DNA of 32,000 nt from Candidatus Saccharibacteria bacterium oral taxon 488 (GCA_010202845.1 CP047921.1:90001-122000); one strand, 5' to 3'; shown: positions 1 through 8,261, counted from the first letter of the stretch. Notes: generated by a model not told the origin, from the letters alone. Program-made: numbers and translations.

Positions 1-1587
1 GTTGATCCCGTCACACCAAAAGATAGAAGGACGTCACCGCTGAGCAGTCTGCGCGGTAGCGTGGCGCGGGATAAGGCAGCTGAGGAGCAAGCAGCACTAG
101 TGGCGGCACACGACCCGAACTGGCAGGCGCCGAGCCTTGATCTGCTAGAGAAAAAGCAAAGTCCAGCTGACGCTGGTGATATTCGGCAGAATGCGCAGAT
201 TATTCATGATACCCTGGCAGAGTTCAATATTGATGTGGAGATGGAAGACGCAAATATTGGGCCGAAAGTGACGCAGTATACCTTGCGACCGCCGAGTGGT
301 GTGAAGTTGACACGCATCACGGCGCTGGAGACGAATATTGCTTTGAATTTGGCGGCGCAGAGCTTGCGGATTGAAGCGCCAATTCCTGGGCAAAAAGCCG
401 TTGGTATTGAGGTGCCAAATCGCCGAGCGGCTGATGTGCGGCTGTATGGCGTTCTGGATTCTAAACAATGGAAGAATGCTCGTGAACCATTGAGCTTCGC
501 TATCGGTAAAGATATTTCTGGTGAAGCAGTGGTCGGTGAACTGAATAAAATGCCACATATGTTGATCGCTGGACAGACTGGTTCTGGTAAGTCGGTAATG
601 ATTAACACCTTGCTGACGAGTTTGCTATATCGCAACAGTCCAAGCGATATGAAGTTGATTTTGGTTGACCCGAAGCAGGTGGAAATGGCACCGTACGAAG
701 ACATCCCACATTTGCTGACCCCGGTGATTACTGAGCCAGAAAAGACTATTTCGGCCTTGAAATGGGCGGTCAATGAGATGGAGCGGCGCTATAAATTACT
801 GGCGGCCGAGAAGATTCGCGATATTAAAGGGTATAATCAACGGCTAGCTACGCGAGCTAAAAAAATCCCGGTAGCGGACGCCGATGGCAACATTCAACAG
901 CACGAAGACGGAGCGATGCCGTACATCGTTATCGTAATTGACGAGCTAGCCGATTTGATGATGGTGGCGGCACGCGACGTTGAGGCGCTGATCGTTCGCT
1001 TGGCGCAGAAAGCGCGGGCGGTGGGTATCCACCTGGTCTTGGCAACGCAGCGGCCGAGCGTTGACGTGATTACTGGTTTGATCAAGGCGAACGTGCCGGC
1101 GCGTATCGGCTTTACCGTGGCGTCGCAGGTTGACTCGCGGACCATTCTTGATCAAATTGGGGCTGAGAAGCTGCTTGGTCAGGGTGATATGCTGCTGTAT
1201 ACGCCGAGTATGAGCAAGCCAAAGCGCATTCAAGGTGCGTGGGTGACCGATGATGAGGTCAATAAAATTACTGACCATTTGCGGATGCAGTCAGCACCGC
1301 AGTACAATGATGAGGTGGTGGCGCAGCCGGTACAATTAAATGGCAAGGGCGGCCTGGCGGTTGATTTTGGCGGTGGCGGTGAAGACGAAGCATTTATGGA
1401 CGCGGTGCGAGTAGTGATTGAGGGCGGCAAGGCCTCTACCAGCTATCTGCAACGGCGGCTACGGATTGGCTACGGCAAGGCAGCGCGACTGATTGAAGAG
1501 ATGGAAGAGCGTGGCATTGTCGGCCCAGCGAACGGCTCAAAAGCTCGTGATGTTTTGGTCTCAAGTGTCGATGAGCTAGGGCAATAG
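1..1587 (+). CDS. ftsK: DNA translocase FtsK/SpoIIIE, motor and gamma domains (5'-truncated by window edge)
   Basis: Frame 1 is open from base 1, with no stop before the GTG at 61, so the gene begins upstream of the window. Walker A GQTGSGKS, Walker B IVIVIDELADLM, and a C-terminal winged-helix gamma domain (YLQRRLRIGYGKAARLIEEMEERGIVGP). Confidence 0.92.
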   Translation, partial: VDPVTPKDRRTSPLSSLRGSVARDKAAEEQAALVAAHDPNWQAPSLDLLEKKQSPADAGDIRQNAQIIHDTLAEFNIDVEMEDANIGPKVTQYTLRPPSGVKLTRITALETNIALNLAAQSLRIEAPIPGQKAVGIEVPNRRAADVRLYGVLDSKQWKNAREPLSFAIGKDISGEAVVGELNKMPHMLIAGQTGSGKSVMINTLLTSLLYRNSPSDMKLILVDPKQVEMAPYEDIPHLLTPVITEPEKTISALKWAVNEMERRYKLLAAEKIRDIKGYNQRLATRAKKIPVADADGNIQQHEDGAMPYIVIVIDELADLMMVAARDVEALIVRLAQKARAVGIHLVLATQRPSVDVITGLIKANVPARIGFTVASQVDSRTILDQIGAEKLLGQGDMLLYTPSMSKPKRIQGAWVTDDEVNKITDHLRMQSAPQYNDEVVAQPVQLNGKGGLAVDFGGGGEDEAFMDAVRVVIEGGKASTSYLQRRLRIGYGKAARLIEEMEERGIVGPANGSKARDVLVSSVDELGQ

Positions 1588-1592
1588 CTAGC

Positions 1593-1620
1593 TTGACATA
1601 ATTATTTTATAGGTTATAAT
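1593..1620 (+). promoter_or_regulatory. sigma70-type promoter (TTGACA-16 nt-TATAAT)
   Basis: Perfect -35 TTGACA at 1593-1598 and perfect -10 TATAAT at 1615-1620, in the gap after the ftsK stop. Confidence 0.55.
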
Positions 1621-1662
1621 ACGCTAAGTGAGAAGTTGATTTGTATGTGGAAGGATGGCTAC

Positions 1663-2568
1663 ATGGCGCACATAAGTTGTAGAAATAATGGAGAATTATC
1701 TCCTGATAGTAAAGGCGACAAGTTAAGGAAGCTTCTTGTGCTGGGGGTTGCTGCAGTCACGTTAGCCGTATCGGGTATACTTGGGTATAGTCTTGGCCGG
1801 TCACACGATGTTCCGCCCGCACCATCAGTAGAAAATACCGATGGTGGAATATCCAAAGAGTCCAATGATAGTTCGAGAGTGGAAGAAATTACACTTACGC
1901 TACCAGACACCGAAGGCCGTCGAGAGGCAGAGGTCTTTTTAAAGGATCCCAATATAGTCCAGTCTGCGCGCGATGTTGCTGGACGAGTGCTTACTGCTGC
2001 AGGGAAGTCGGTTGATAGTAATGCTGCTCGACTCGTTCGCCAAGATTATTATGATGATCACAATAGGCCTAAACAGCAGTCAATAACAATTACAGATGAT
2101 AAGGGACACGTGGTATCGGTTGATGTTGCTCAAGGCGACAAAAGGTTTGGTGGAAGTGAGATCGCAGTAGAAGTTACCACTGATATAATTGAGGTCGGCG
2201 CAAAGAGTAGACAGACGGATCGGATAACGTGGCGGTTGGATTTTTTGTCTCCAGAACCTGTGGCACATCAGCATATCGAATCTCCAGAAGCACTACTACC
2301 GGCTCTAGAAGGCGTGTTACCGACGAAAGTGGAATGGTCGCACAGACAGACTGCTGATGGTTGGTCGGAGACTAAGGAAATTACAATCGTTTCACCAAAG
2401 TCTGTCTCGCCATCGAGACCAGATTATGAAAGCATAGCGGCGGTACCGGCTAAGGGAGAGATTAATGGTCGGGCCGTGGAGAGTGCTAAGGTATATGATG
2501 CGGCAAAAAGCCTATTTGATCGGCTCGCGACCGATGGTGATATATCCGATATCTTGCCCTCTCAGTAA
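1663..2568 (+). CDS. hypothetical membrane-anchored protein
   Basis: ORF 1636-2568. ATG 1663 is preferred because GGAAGGA (1649-1655) lies 7 nt upstream. One N-terminal TM helix (LLVLGVAAVTLAVSGILGY). No family recognised. Confidence 0.6.
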   Translation: MAHISCRNNGELSPDSKGDKLRKLLVLGVAAVTLAVSGILGYSLGRSHDVPPAPSVENTDGGISKESNDSSRVEEITLTLPDTEGRREAEVFLKDPNIVQSARDVAGRVLTAAGKSVDSNAARLVRQDYYDDHNRPKQQSITITDDKGHVVSVDVAQGDKRFGGSEIAVEVTTDIIEVGAKSRQTDRITWRLDFLSPEPVAHQHIESPEALLPALEGVLPTKVEWSHRQTADGWSETKEITIVSPKSVSPSRPDYESIAAVPAKGEINGRAVESAKVYDAAKSLFDRLATDGDISDILPSQ

Positions 2569-2569
2569 A

Positions 2570-3379
2570 CTAACGTGCCGCCAGATATTCACCAAGTAGT
2601 GTTATTTTGTGGCCAGTTGAGGTAATTTTATTAATGGCGCGATGTAATGACGGGCCGGCAGCGTCAACGGTCATAAAGAATTTATAGTTCCACGGCTGGC
2701 CGACGATGGGCTGGGACTGGAGGCTGGTGAGGTTAATGGACTGATCGGCGAATGTGCGGAGTATCTCGAGCAGGCTACCTGGTTGATGGGTGGTGGTGAC
2801 AACAAGGGTTGCTCGATCGGCATCAGTCACTGTGGCGTTTGGGTCAAGGATAAGGAAGCGAGTGATATTATCTTGACCGTCTTGGATGTGTCGCTTGAGA
2901 ATTGGCATATTATACAGTTGGGCAGCGGTTTCACCGGCGATGGCTGCCAGGTGTGGTGAACCCTGTTGCTTGATGAATTCGACAGCGCCAGCGGTATCAA
3001 AATGTTCAATTTGTGCGGCTTGTGGCAGGTGTTTTTGGAGAAATTGGCAGCACTGCGACAGAGCGACAGGATGTGAATAGACAGCGGTAATGTCTTCAAG
3101 TGTTGTGCCTGGATTGGTGATAAGGGTTTGTTGAATGGTAAGCGTCACTTCACCGACGATAGGAGCACTACAAGATTCGATGTGACGGTAGGTTTCGTTG
3201 ATGGTGCCGTAAATAGTATTTTCTACCGCCACGACAATGGCGTCAGCCTGGCCACGAGCATAGGTTTGAAAGACATCGCCAAAGGTCACGCACGGAACAA
3301 TGGTAGCCTCGGGTCCGTACCATTGTTTTGCTGCTTGTTCATGAAATGATCCAGCTTGTCCTTGAATGGCGATACGCAT
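2570..3379 (-). CDS. pheA: prephenate dehydratase (PDT domain plus C-terminal ACT-like domain)
   Basis: N-terminus MRIAIQGQAGSFHEQAA and TRF motif (NITRFLIL). The C-terminal regulatory region has the usual ESRP motif diverged to LQSQP. At 269 aa it matches monofunctional PDTs. Confidence 0.82.
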   Translation of the reverse strand: MRIAIQGQAGSFHEQAAKQWYGPEATIVPCVTFGDVFQTYARGQADAIVVAVENTIYGTINETYRHIESCSAPIVGEVTLTIQQTLITNPGTTLEDITAVYSHPVALSQCCQFLQKHLPQAAQIEHFDTAGAVEFIKQQGSPHLAAIAGETAAQLYNMPILKRHIQDGQDNITRFLILDPNATVTDADRATLVVTTTHQPGSLLEILRTFADQSINLTSLQSQPIVGQPWNYKFFMTVDAAGPSLHRAINKITSTGHKITLLGEYLAAR

Positions 3380-3416
3380 GAACTCTATTGTAGCATGGTC
3401 TGGCGGGGTGTATCAC

Positions 3417-3445
3417 TGGACTTTTGCATCAGATTACCGTATAAT
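3417..3445 (+). promoter_or_regulatory. candidate promoter of rpsF-ssb-rpsR (TGGACT-17 nt-TATAAT)
   Basis: Perfect -10 TATAAT at 3440-3445. The -35 at 3417-3422 matches TTGACA at 4 of 6 positions. Confidence 0.4.
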
Positions 3446-3515
3446 ACGAGAGAATAATAACCTAAGGTTATGTGCGATAACATAACCATCCGTAATGGAT
3501 TCCAAAGGAGGAAAC

Positions 3516-3875
3516 ATGAACGAATACGAACTGACCGTTCTTATTCATCCAGATTTGGAAGCAAATTTGGACGCGGCGCTGGACAAGGTTCGAGCGTTGA
3601 TCAAAGACAATGGTGGTGAAATCACCAAAGAAGACAACTGGGGCAAGAAAAAACTAGCCTATGCGATTCGCCGTGAAGACTTTGCGGTGTATGTTTACTT
3701 TGAGGTGAAGTTGCCAAGCAGTGCACCGCTCAAGATATCAAATGTTCTGAATATCACCGACGAGGTACTTCGTTATTTGTTGGTTAAGACCGACGAGAAG
3801 ACACGCCAGGCGCTTGCTGAGCAGAAAGAGCGCGAAGCTAAGGTTGCTACCGAGGCGGCTGATAAAGAAGCCTAA
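3516..3875 (+). CDS. rpsF: 30S ribosomal protein S6
   Basis: MNEYELTVLIHPDLE... is a typical S6 N-terminus. ATG 3516 is preceded by AAAGGAGG. The S6-SSB-S18 gene order is conserved. Confidence 0.93.
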   Translation: MNEYELTVLIHPDLEANLDAALDKVRALIKDNGGEITKEDNWGKKKLAYAIRREDFAVYVYFEVKLPSSAPLKISNVLNITDEVLRYLLVKTDEKTRQALAEQKEREAKVATEAADKEA

Positions 3876-3912
3876 TATTCGACGCGATACATAATAAAAA
3901 AGGAGGGTCATC

Positions 3913-4341
3913 ATGGCACGAAGTATCAACCAAGTTATTTTACTGGGACGGTTAACGCGCGATCCAGAGCAGCGGACAACGCCATCAGGTCGGACAGTTG
4001 TTAGCTTTAGTATCGCGGTTGATCGTGCCGGACAGGATGATCAAGCTGATTTTTTCGACGTTACCGCGTGGGAAAAATTGGGCGAACTGGTGATGCAGTA
4101 CCTGTCAAAAGGCCGCCGCGTGTTGGTGCAGGGTCGGTTGCGACAGGACAGCTGGGATGATAAAGAAACCGGCAAGCGCCGCTCGCGTATTGAAGTGACG
4201 GCGACCGACGTAACATTCCTTGACGCCCCGAGCGGTGATAGCGCGAATACAACCGCATCACGTAATACTAATACCAAGCAGGCTGAGACCGTAGCGGATA
4301 TTGATGATAAACCGATCGATCTTAGCGAGATACCGTTCTAA
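3913..4341 (+). CDS. ssb: single-stranded DNA-binding protein
   Basis: OB-fold N-terminus ([15 protein letters not shown]) and acidic C-terminal tip [23 protein letters not shown] lies upstream. Confidence 0.93.
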   Translation: MARSINQVILLGRLTRDPEQRTTPSGRTVVSFSIAVDRAGQDDQADFFDVTAWEKLGELVMQYLSKGRRVLVQGRLRQDSWDDKETGKRRSRIEVTATDVTFLDAPSGDSANTTASRNTNTKQAETVADIDDKPIDLSEIPF

Positions 4342-4352
4342 AGGAGAACAAA

Positions 4353-4556
4353 ATGGCAAAACGATTAAAGAAAGATACCCCAACGGTTTTTGACTATAAG
4401 GATGTCAAAACATTAATGCGCTATGTTAATGCGTATGGTCAAATTGAGCCGATAGCGAAGACGGGTCTCAGTGTCAAGCAGCAGCGTAGCTTGGCAGTGG
4501 CGATCAAGCGTGCTCGGCACTTAGCACTGCTGCCGTTTGTGTCGCAAGGGCAATAA
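4353..4556 (+). CDS. rpsR: 30S ribosomal protein S18
   Basis: [14 protein letters not shown]...[21 protein letters not shown] is a typical S18 sequence. SD AAGGAG lies upstream. Confidence 0.93.
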   Translation: MAKRLKKDTPTVFDYKDVKTLMRYVNAYGQIEPIAKTGLSVKQQRSLAVAIKRARHLALLPFVSQGQ

Positions 4557-4614
4557 GTATACGTTGAGAGAACTCTCTAATCCCAAACGTATTTATAGAT
4601 AGGAGAGAAAGTCG

Positions 4615-4647
4615 AGTGGTCTGTGCAGGGGTAAGGCACAGGCCACT
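4615..4647 (+). terminator. 12-bp stem-loop downstream of rpsR (possible terminator or RNA-stability hairpin)
   Basis: agtggtctgtgc (4615-4626) pairs with gcacaggccact (4636-4647) with one G-U pair and a 9-nt loop. No U-tract follows directly; a T-rich run (cgtttttattttt) lies at about 4671-4685. Confidence 0.3.
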
Positions 4648-4829
4648 GTTGCTTGTGGGCTGCTGTACAGTGCGTTTTTATTTTTGATGCAGGATAGTAT
4701 TATAATGCCAAGCCCACTGTGGGATGTTTGAGTAAAAAATATGTTCAGCCGACAAGAAATACTCTGCCGTCCGAAAGAATGTTAGAATTAGGTACGGTAG
4801 CTTAATAGTTATAGGAAAGGAAAAACAAT

Positions 4830-5390
4830 ATGTATCAGCCGACAGATCTTAAAAAGGGTACGGTTTGTCAGATTGACGGTAAGCCATATCGCGTTATTGA
4901 ATATGGACAGAAGGTTATGGGGCGTGGAGGCTCTATTGTGAACGTTAAATTGAAAAACTTGCTGGACGGAAGTGTCATCCCGAAAACCTTTAAGGGTCAA
5001 GACAAAATTGAGCCAGCTGAGGTGACTAGCAAGACTGTTCAATATTTATATCATGACGGAGATATGTTCTGCTTCATGGATCCAGAAAGTTTTGAACAAT
5101 TTGAACTGTCTAACGATGTGGTAGATGAGGCAAAAAATTATTTGAAAGAAGGTTGTGAGCTGAATCTCCAGGTGTTTGACGGGCGAGTGATTAATGTTGA
5201 ATTACCAAAAAATCTTTATCTCGAAGTTACGTATACCGAAGATGTCGTGAAGGGCGATACAACTTCAAGCGTACTTAAGGGTGCAACGCTTGAGACGGGC
5301 CTTGTTATTAAGGTACCAGCATTCATTAAACAGGGCGATATTGTCAGTGTTGACACAGCGACGGGTGAATATCGAGAGCGCAAAAAATAA
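4830..5390 (+). CDS. efp: translation elongation factor P
   Basis: 186 aa. The KPYRVIEY...VKLKNLL loop region and C-terminal OB domains are typical of EF-P. The tip residue is Arg32 (MGRGG). Confidence 0.93.
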   Translation: MYQPTDLKKGTVCQIDGKPYRVIEYGQKVMGRGGSIVNVKLKNLLDGSVIPKTFKGQDKIEPAEVTSKTVQYLYHDGDMFCFMDPESFEQFELSNDVVDEAKNYLKEGCELNLQVFDGRVINVELPKNLYLEVTYTEDVVKGDTTSSVLKGATLETGLVIKVPAFIKQGDIVSVDTATGEYRERKK

Positions 5391-5411
5391 CAAAAGGGCC
5401 TTCTTGCCGGA

Positions 5412-5447
5412 AGCGTCGCCCAGGGTGTTCGGGCGACGCTTTTTGTT
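5412..5447 (+). terminator. rho-independent terminator of efp
   Basis: Perfect 10-bp GC-rich stem, agcgtcgccc (5412-5421) with gggcgacgct (5431-5440), and a 9-nt loop, followed by ttttgttgtt. Confidence 0.8.
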
Positions 5448-5634
5448 GTTATGAATACATCAAATAACGATAAAGAATAGAACGAGATTTTAGGTATTGA
5501 TGCTAAAAATACAACGTAATGTATGTATAGCTGGTAGGGTGTTTTTGGTGATACATACGACAGTTGTTTTCATGAAAAATATGGGCCTATTTGCGATAAT
5601 GGTGAGAGTCTTCTTAGCCACTACAGGGGTAAAT

Positions 5635-5755
5635 ATAACTATTGATGTATAAATTACACTGATGCGTAGTATACAACGTTGTATTTTAGTTAACGTAGAA
5701 TTAACGATAGCGAAGATCGGCCCATAGGTAAAAAAGAGAATAACTATTGATGTAT
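5635..5755. repeat. pair of perfect 16-nt direct repeats (ATAACTATTGATGTAT) 105 bp apart in a non-coding tract
   Basis: Copies at 5635-5650 and 5740-5755, with a partial third copy (TATTGATG) at 5495-5502. The second copy lies inside a 10-bp inverted repeat (5705-5714 / 5769-5778). Confidence 0.8.
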
Positions 5756-5795
5756 TTATAACAGCAGTTTCGCTATCGCAGTAGGTCGTTAGTTG

Positions 5796-5824
5796 TTGAG
5801 AAAAATATGTATTCAGGCTACAAT
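5796..5824 (+). promoter_or_regulatory. candidate promoter of tlyA (TTGAGA-17 nt-TACAAT)
   Basis: -35 at 5796-5801 and -10 at 5819-5824. The ATG at 5835 is only 10 nt after the -10. Confidence 0.4.
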
Positions 5825-5834
5825 GAGAAGTGAC

Positions 5835-6605
5835 ATGAAGCAGCGATTAGATAAAATGATACTAGAACGCGGGTTGGTTGAATCGCGTTCAGAAGCAGAG
5901 AACTGGATAGGCTTAGGGCAAGTCATGGTCAATGGTAGGGTGGCGACGCGTCCCGGATGTTTCGTTAATGAGACAGCAGACATTACATTGCTGACTCGTG
6001 AGCGGTACGTTTCGCGTGCAGGCCTCAAGCTAGCGGGCGTGGCGGATAGTTTTCGGTTGGACTTTCAGGGGAGAACAGTGCTGGACATAGGGTCGAGTAC
6101 TGGTGGATTTACTGATTTTGCGCTGCGTCATGGCGCCCGACGTGTGTATGCTGTTGATGTGGGCACGAATCAGTTGCACCATCGACTGCGTGACGATCGG
6201 CGCATAATATTACACGAAAAGACAGACGTTCGTGACTTTGAGCTTGATTGTCCACCAGACATTATCGTGGGAGACGTGTCATTTATTAGTCTGCGCGACA
6301 TTCTACCACACGTTGCAAAACGGCTGATGGGCAGTGCGACGGTGCTTGTAGCGATGGTAAAACCGCAGTTCGAGGCAGGGCGTCATTTGGTACAAAAGGG
6401 TGTTGTAAAAAATGCTGCTATACGACGAAAGATCCTGACCGATTTTGAGCAATGGGCAAAACAGTATTTTGTAGTTCTTGATAAAAAGGATAGCACCGTC
6501 GCTGGTAGTAAGGGTAACGTTGAGCGCTTTTATAAGTTACAACTAAAAAATAACAGAGGTAATAACTGTAGTAAAAAGGGCATCGTTGTACTTAAATCAA
6601 CGTAG
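5835..6605 (+). CDS. tlyA: TlyA-family rRNA 2'-O-ribose methyltransferase (S4 domain plus FtsJ-like MTase)
   Basis: MKQRLDKMILERGLVESRSEAENWI...VNG is an S4-like domain. LDIGSSTGGFTD is a SAM-binding motif. The start is chosen at the Met that aligns with family N-termini. Confidence 0.85.
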   Translation: MKQRLDKMILERGLVESRSEAENWIGLGQVMVNGRVATRPGCFVNETADITLLTRERYVSRAGLKLAGVADSFRLDFQGRTVLDIGSSTGGFTDFALRHGARRVYAVDVGTNQLHHRLRDDRRIILHEKTDVRDFELDCPPDIIVGDVSFISLRDILPHVAKRLMGSATVLVAMVKPQFEAGRHLVQKGVVKNAAIRRKILTDFEQWAKQYFVVLDKKDSTVAGSKGNVERFYKLQLKNNRGNNCSKKGIVVLKST

Positions 6606-6622
6606 TATAATATACAATAATG

Positions 6623-7702
6623 TTAGACATTGAACCGAAATTCGACAACATCGTTAGGCTGCATGATGTAATTTTTACCTTCAGTACGTATTTTACCCGC
6701 TTCACGGGCCTTAGCTTCTGAACCTGCGGCAACAAGGTCGTGGTAGCTAATGACTTGCGCGGCGATGAATCCGCGCTCAAAGTCTGAGTGGATGACGCCA
6801 GCAGCCTGTGGCGCCGTCCAGCCTTTATGTATTGTCCATGCCCTGACTTCCTTCTGACCTGCCGTGAGATAGCTTTGTAGACCAAGTGTGTCGTACGCGG
6901 CATGGATAAGCTGCGACAATCCGGTTTCGGAAGCCCCGTAGCTATCAAGTAGCTCCAAGGCGTCATTATTTGATAATTCTCTGAGCTCTTCTTCAAGCTT
7001 GGCACAAATAAATAATACTCGGGCTGGCGCGACGAGTTTGGCAAGCTTTTCCTGCAGGGCATGGTCGCCGAGTCCCGCCTCGTCGACATTAAATGTATAA
7101 ATAATTGGCTTGGCAGTGAGTAAATGAAGATCATTAATTATCTCATATTTGATATTTTCTATGGATGCTATCGGCATACCTGAATTAAGTGACGTCAGGA
7201 GCGTTTCAAGGTATGTAGCCACCTGTCGTGCCTCCGGCTTGGCTTTGGCTTCTTTCTGGAGACGAGGTAGACGATGTTCTATGGTTTGGATGTCGGCAAG
7301 GATAAGTTCGGTATTGATGATGTCAATGTCGGCCTGAGGGTTAATCGGAGTATTGTCGTGTCGTAATATATCTGAGTTTTCAAAGGCGCGAACGATGTGG
7401 ATAATGGCGTCGCATTCACGAATATTGTGCAAGAATTTATTGCCGAGCCCTTCTCCTTTTGAGGCGCCAGCTACCAATCCAGCGATGTCGACGAACGTTA
7501 CGGTCGCGGGGATAATTTTTTGCGTATCATACAGTTTTGCGAGTACGTCGAGCCGCTCATCGGGAACCGGTACGATGCCAGTATTCGGTTCAATGGTGGC
7601 AAAGGGGTAATTAGCCGCTAGAATATTATTGTTAGTAAGTGCATTAAATATGGTCGACTTACCGACATTTGGCAGGCCGACGATTCCGATTGATAGACTC
7701 AT
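6623..7702 (-). CDS. ychF: ribosome-binding ATPase YchF (Obg-like GTPase family)
   Basis: G1 motif GIVGLPNVGKST, a coiled-coil insertion and a C-terminal TGS-like domain (IHSDFERGFI...AEV). 359 aa. Confidence 0.95.
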   Translation of the reverse strand: MSLSIGIVGLPNVGKSTIFNALTNNNILAANYPFATIEPNTGIVPVPDERLDVLAKLYDTQKIIPATVTFVDIAGLVAGASKGEGLGNKFLHNIRECDAIIHIVRAFENSDILRHDNTPINPQADIDIINTELILADIQTIEHRLPRLQKEAKAKPEARQVATYLETLLTSLNSGMPIASIENIKYEIINDLHLLTAKPIIYTFNVDEAGLGDHALQEKLAKLVAPARVLFICAKLEEELRELSNNDALELLDSYGASETGLSQLIHAAYDTLGLQSYLTAGQKEVRAWTIHKGWTAPQAAGVIHSDFERGFIAAQVISYHDLVAAGSEAKAREAGKIRTEGKNYIMQPNDVVEFRFNV

Positions 7703-7730
7703 ATCGTGTATTATAACAAATTACACAAAC

Positions 7731-7759
7731 TTGCCTCAGTATATAATATGTATTAGAAT
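7731..7759 (+). promoter_or_regulatory. candidate promoter (TTGCCT-17 nt-TAGAAT), 7 nt from the ATG
   Basis: -35 at 7731-7736 and -10 at 7754-7759. The ATG at 7767 follows after 7 nt with no SD, which implies a leaderless transcript. Confidence 0.5.
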
Positions 7760-7766
7760 AAGCAGT

Positions 7767-8261
7767 ATGAATAAGGTTATTGTCTCGCGAATATTTATGA
7801 TAGTGGGTATCGTGTTGAGTGTCGGTGCGATAGTCGCCATTATCATGATGGTGATGGGGCGATTGCATGTTGGACTAAAAGAGCCGAGTCAAGATATCGC
7901 GCCAACCGCCAAGATGATATGTGACGAGGATATGATAAAAGAATATCGGTCAATTATCGCTGCGCCAAATGGGTATGGTCCGATAGCGCTTGAGGGGTTA
8001 GTGAAGAAGATCTCAGAACGTGGCGGCCCGGGTGACGATACGGTGTGTCACTATATTATGCTTCACGATGCATCGCTACGGAATGATCGCCAGCGGATTG
8101 ATCAGATTCATCAAGGGTTGATCAACTCGATGAAGATGCGTCAGGCGGTCGAGCCGTTTTATCGACTGGGTATTAATCAGGATACGGTAAAAGCACTGGT
8201 CGAGATCGGTAAGGCTGATGCGGGTGCGGGGAATAAGGATGGTACACCGGGTCAGGGTTAG
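7767..8261 (+). CDS. hypothetical small membrane protein (164 aa), first gene of the unknown trio
   Basis: The ORF track opens at 7629 but overlaps ychF and the promoter. ATG 7767 gives MNKVIVSRIFMIVGIVLSVGAIVAIIMMVMG, an N-terminal TM helix, followed by a soluble alpha-rich domain. No family recognised. Confidence 0.6.
   Translation: MNKVIVSRIFMIVGIVLSVGAIVAIIMMVMGRLHVGLKEPSQDIAPTAKMICDEDMIKEYRSIIAAPNGYGPIALEGLVKKISERGGPGDDTVCHYIMLHDASLRNDRQRIDQIHQGLINSMKMRQAVEPFYRLGINQDTVKALVEIGKADAGAGNKDGTPGQG

Noticed and set aside
4601-4650. GAGAGAAAGTCGAG...GCAGGGGTAAGGCAC resembles the RNase P RNA CR-I region (GAGGAAAGUCCGG...GCAGGGUGCCAGGUAACGCC).
   Set aside because: The spacer is only 273 nt. I found no complementary P4 3' strand (GACUUU-type) and no ACAGAAnCCGGCUUA-like CR-V downstream, so it cannot be a complete RNase P RNA.
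5509-5531. The dif-like string cgTAATGTATGTATag and ATGTATAAATT at 5645-5655, given that ftsK and xer are in the window.
   Set aside because: Only the central TGTAT part matches. The conserved XerD arm (TTATGTnAAnT) and a proper 11-6-11 layout are absent. This needs a profile search, not an eyeball match.
5500-5652. 50-aa hydrophobic mini-ORF (MLKIQRNVCIAGRVFLVIHTT...) in the non-coding island.
   Set aside because: It has no SD, is below any reliable length, and its end overlaps a DNA-level repeat copy. It cannot be separated from chance in AT-rich DNA. It is mentioned only as a possibility under the 5451-5792 finding.
7629-7766. 5' extensions offered by the ORF track: 7629 for the 164-aa gene, 24332 for ndk, 25461 for the 343-aa gene, 3495 for rpsF, 5793 for tlyA, 18760 for pilA, 20917 for minor pilin 2 and 27096 for the GT2 gene.
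   Set aside because: The extensions overlap neighbouring genes or promoters, lack an SD, and add residues absent from the family N-termini. Internal starts with an SD or a promoter context were preferred.
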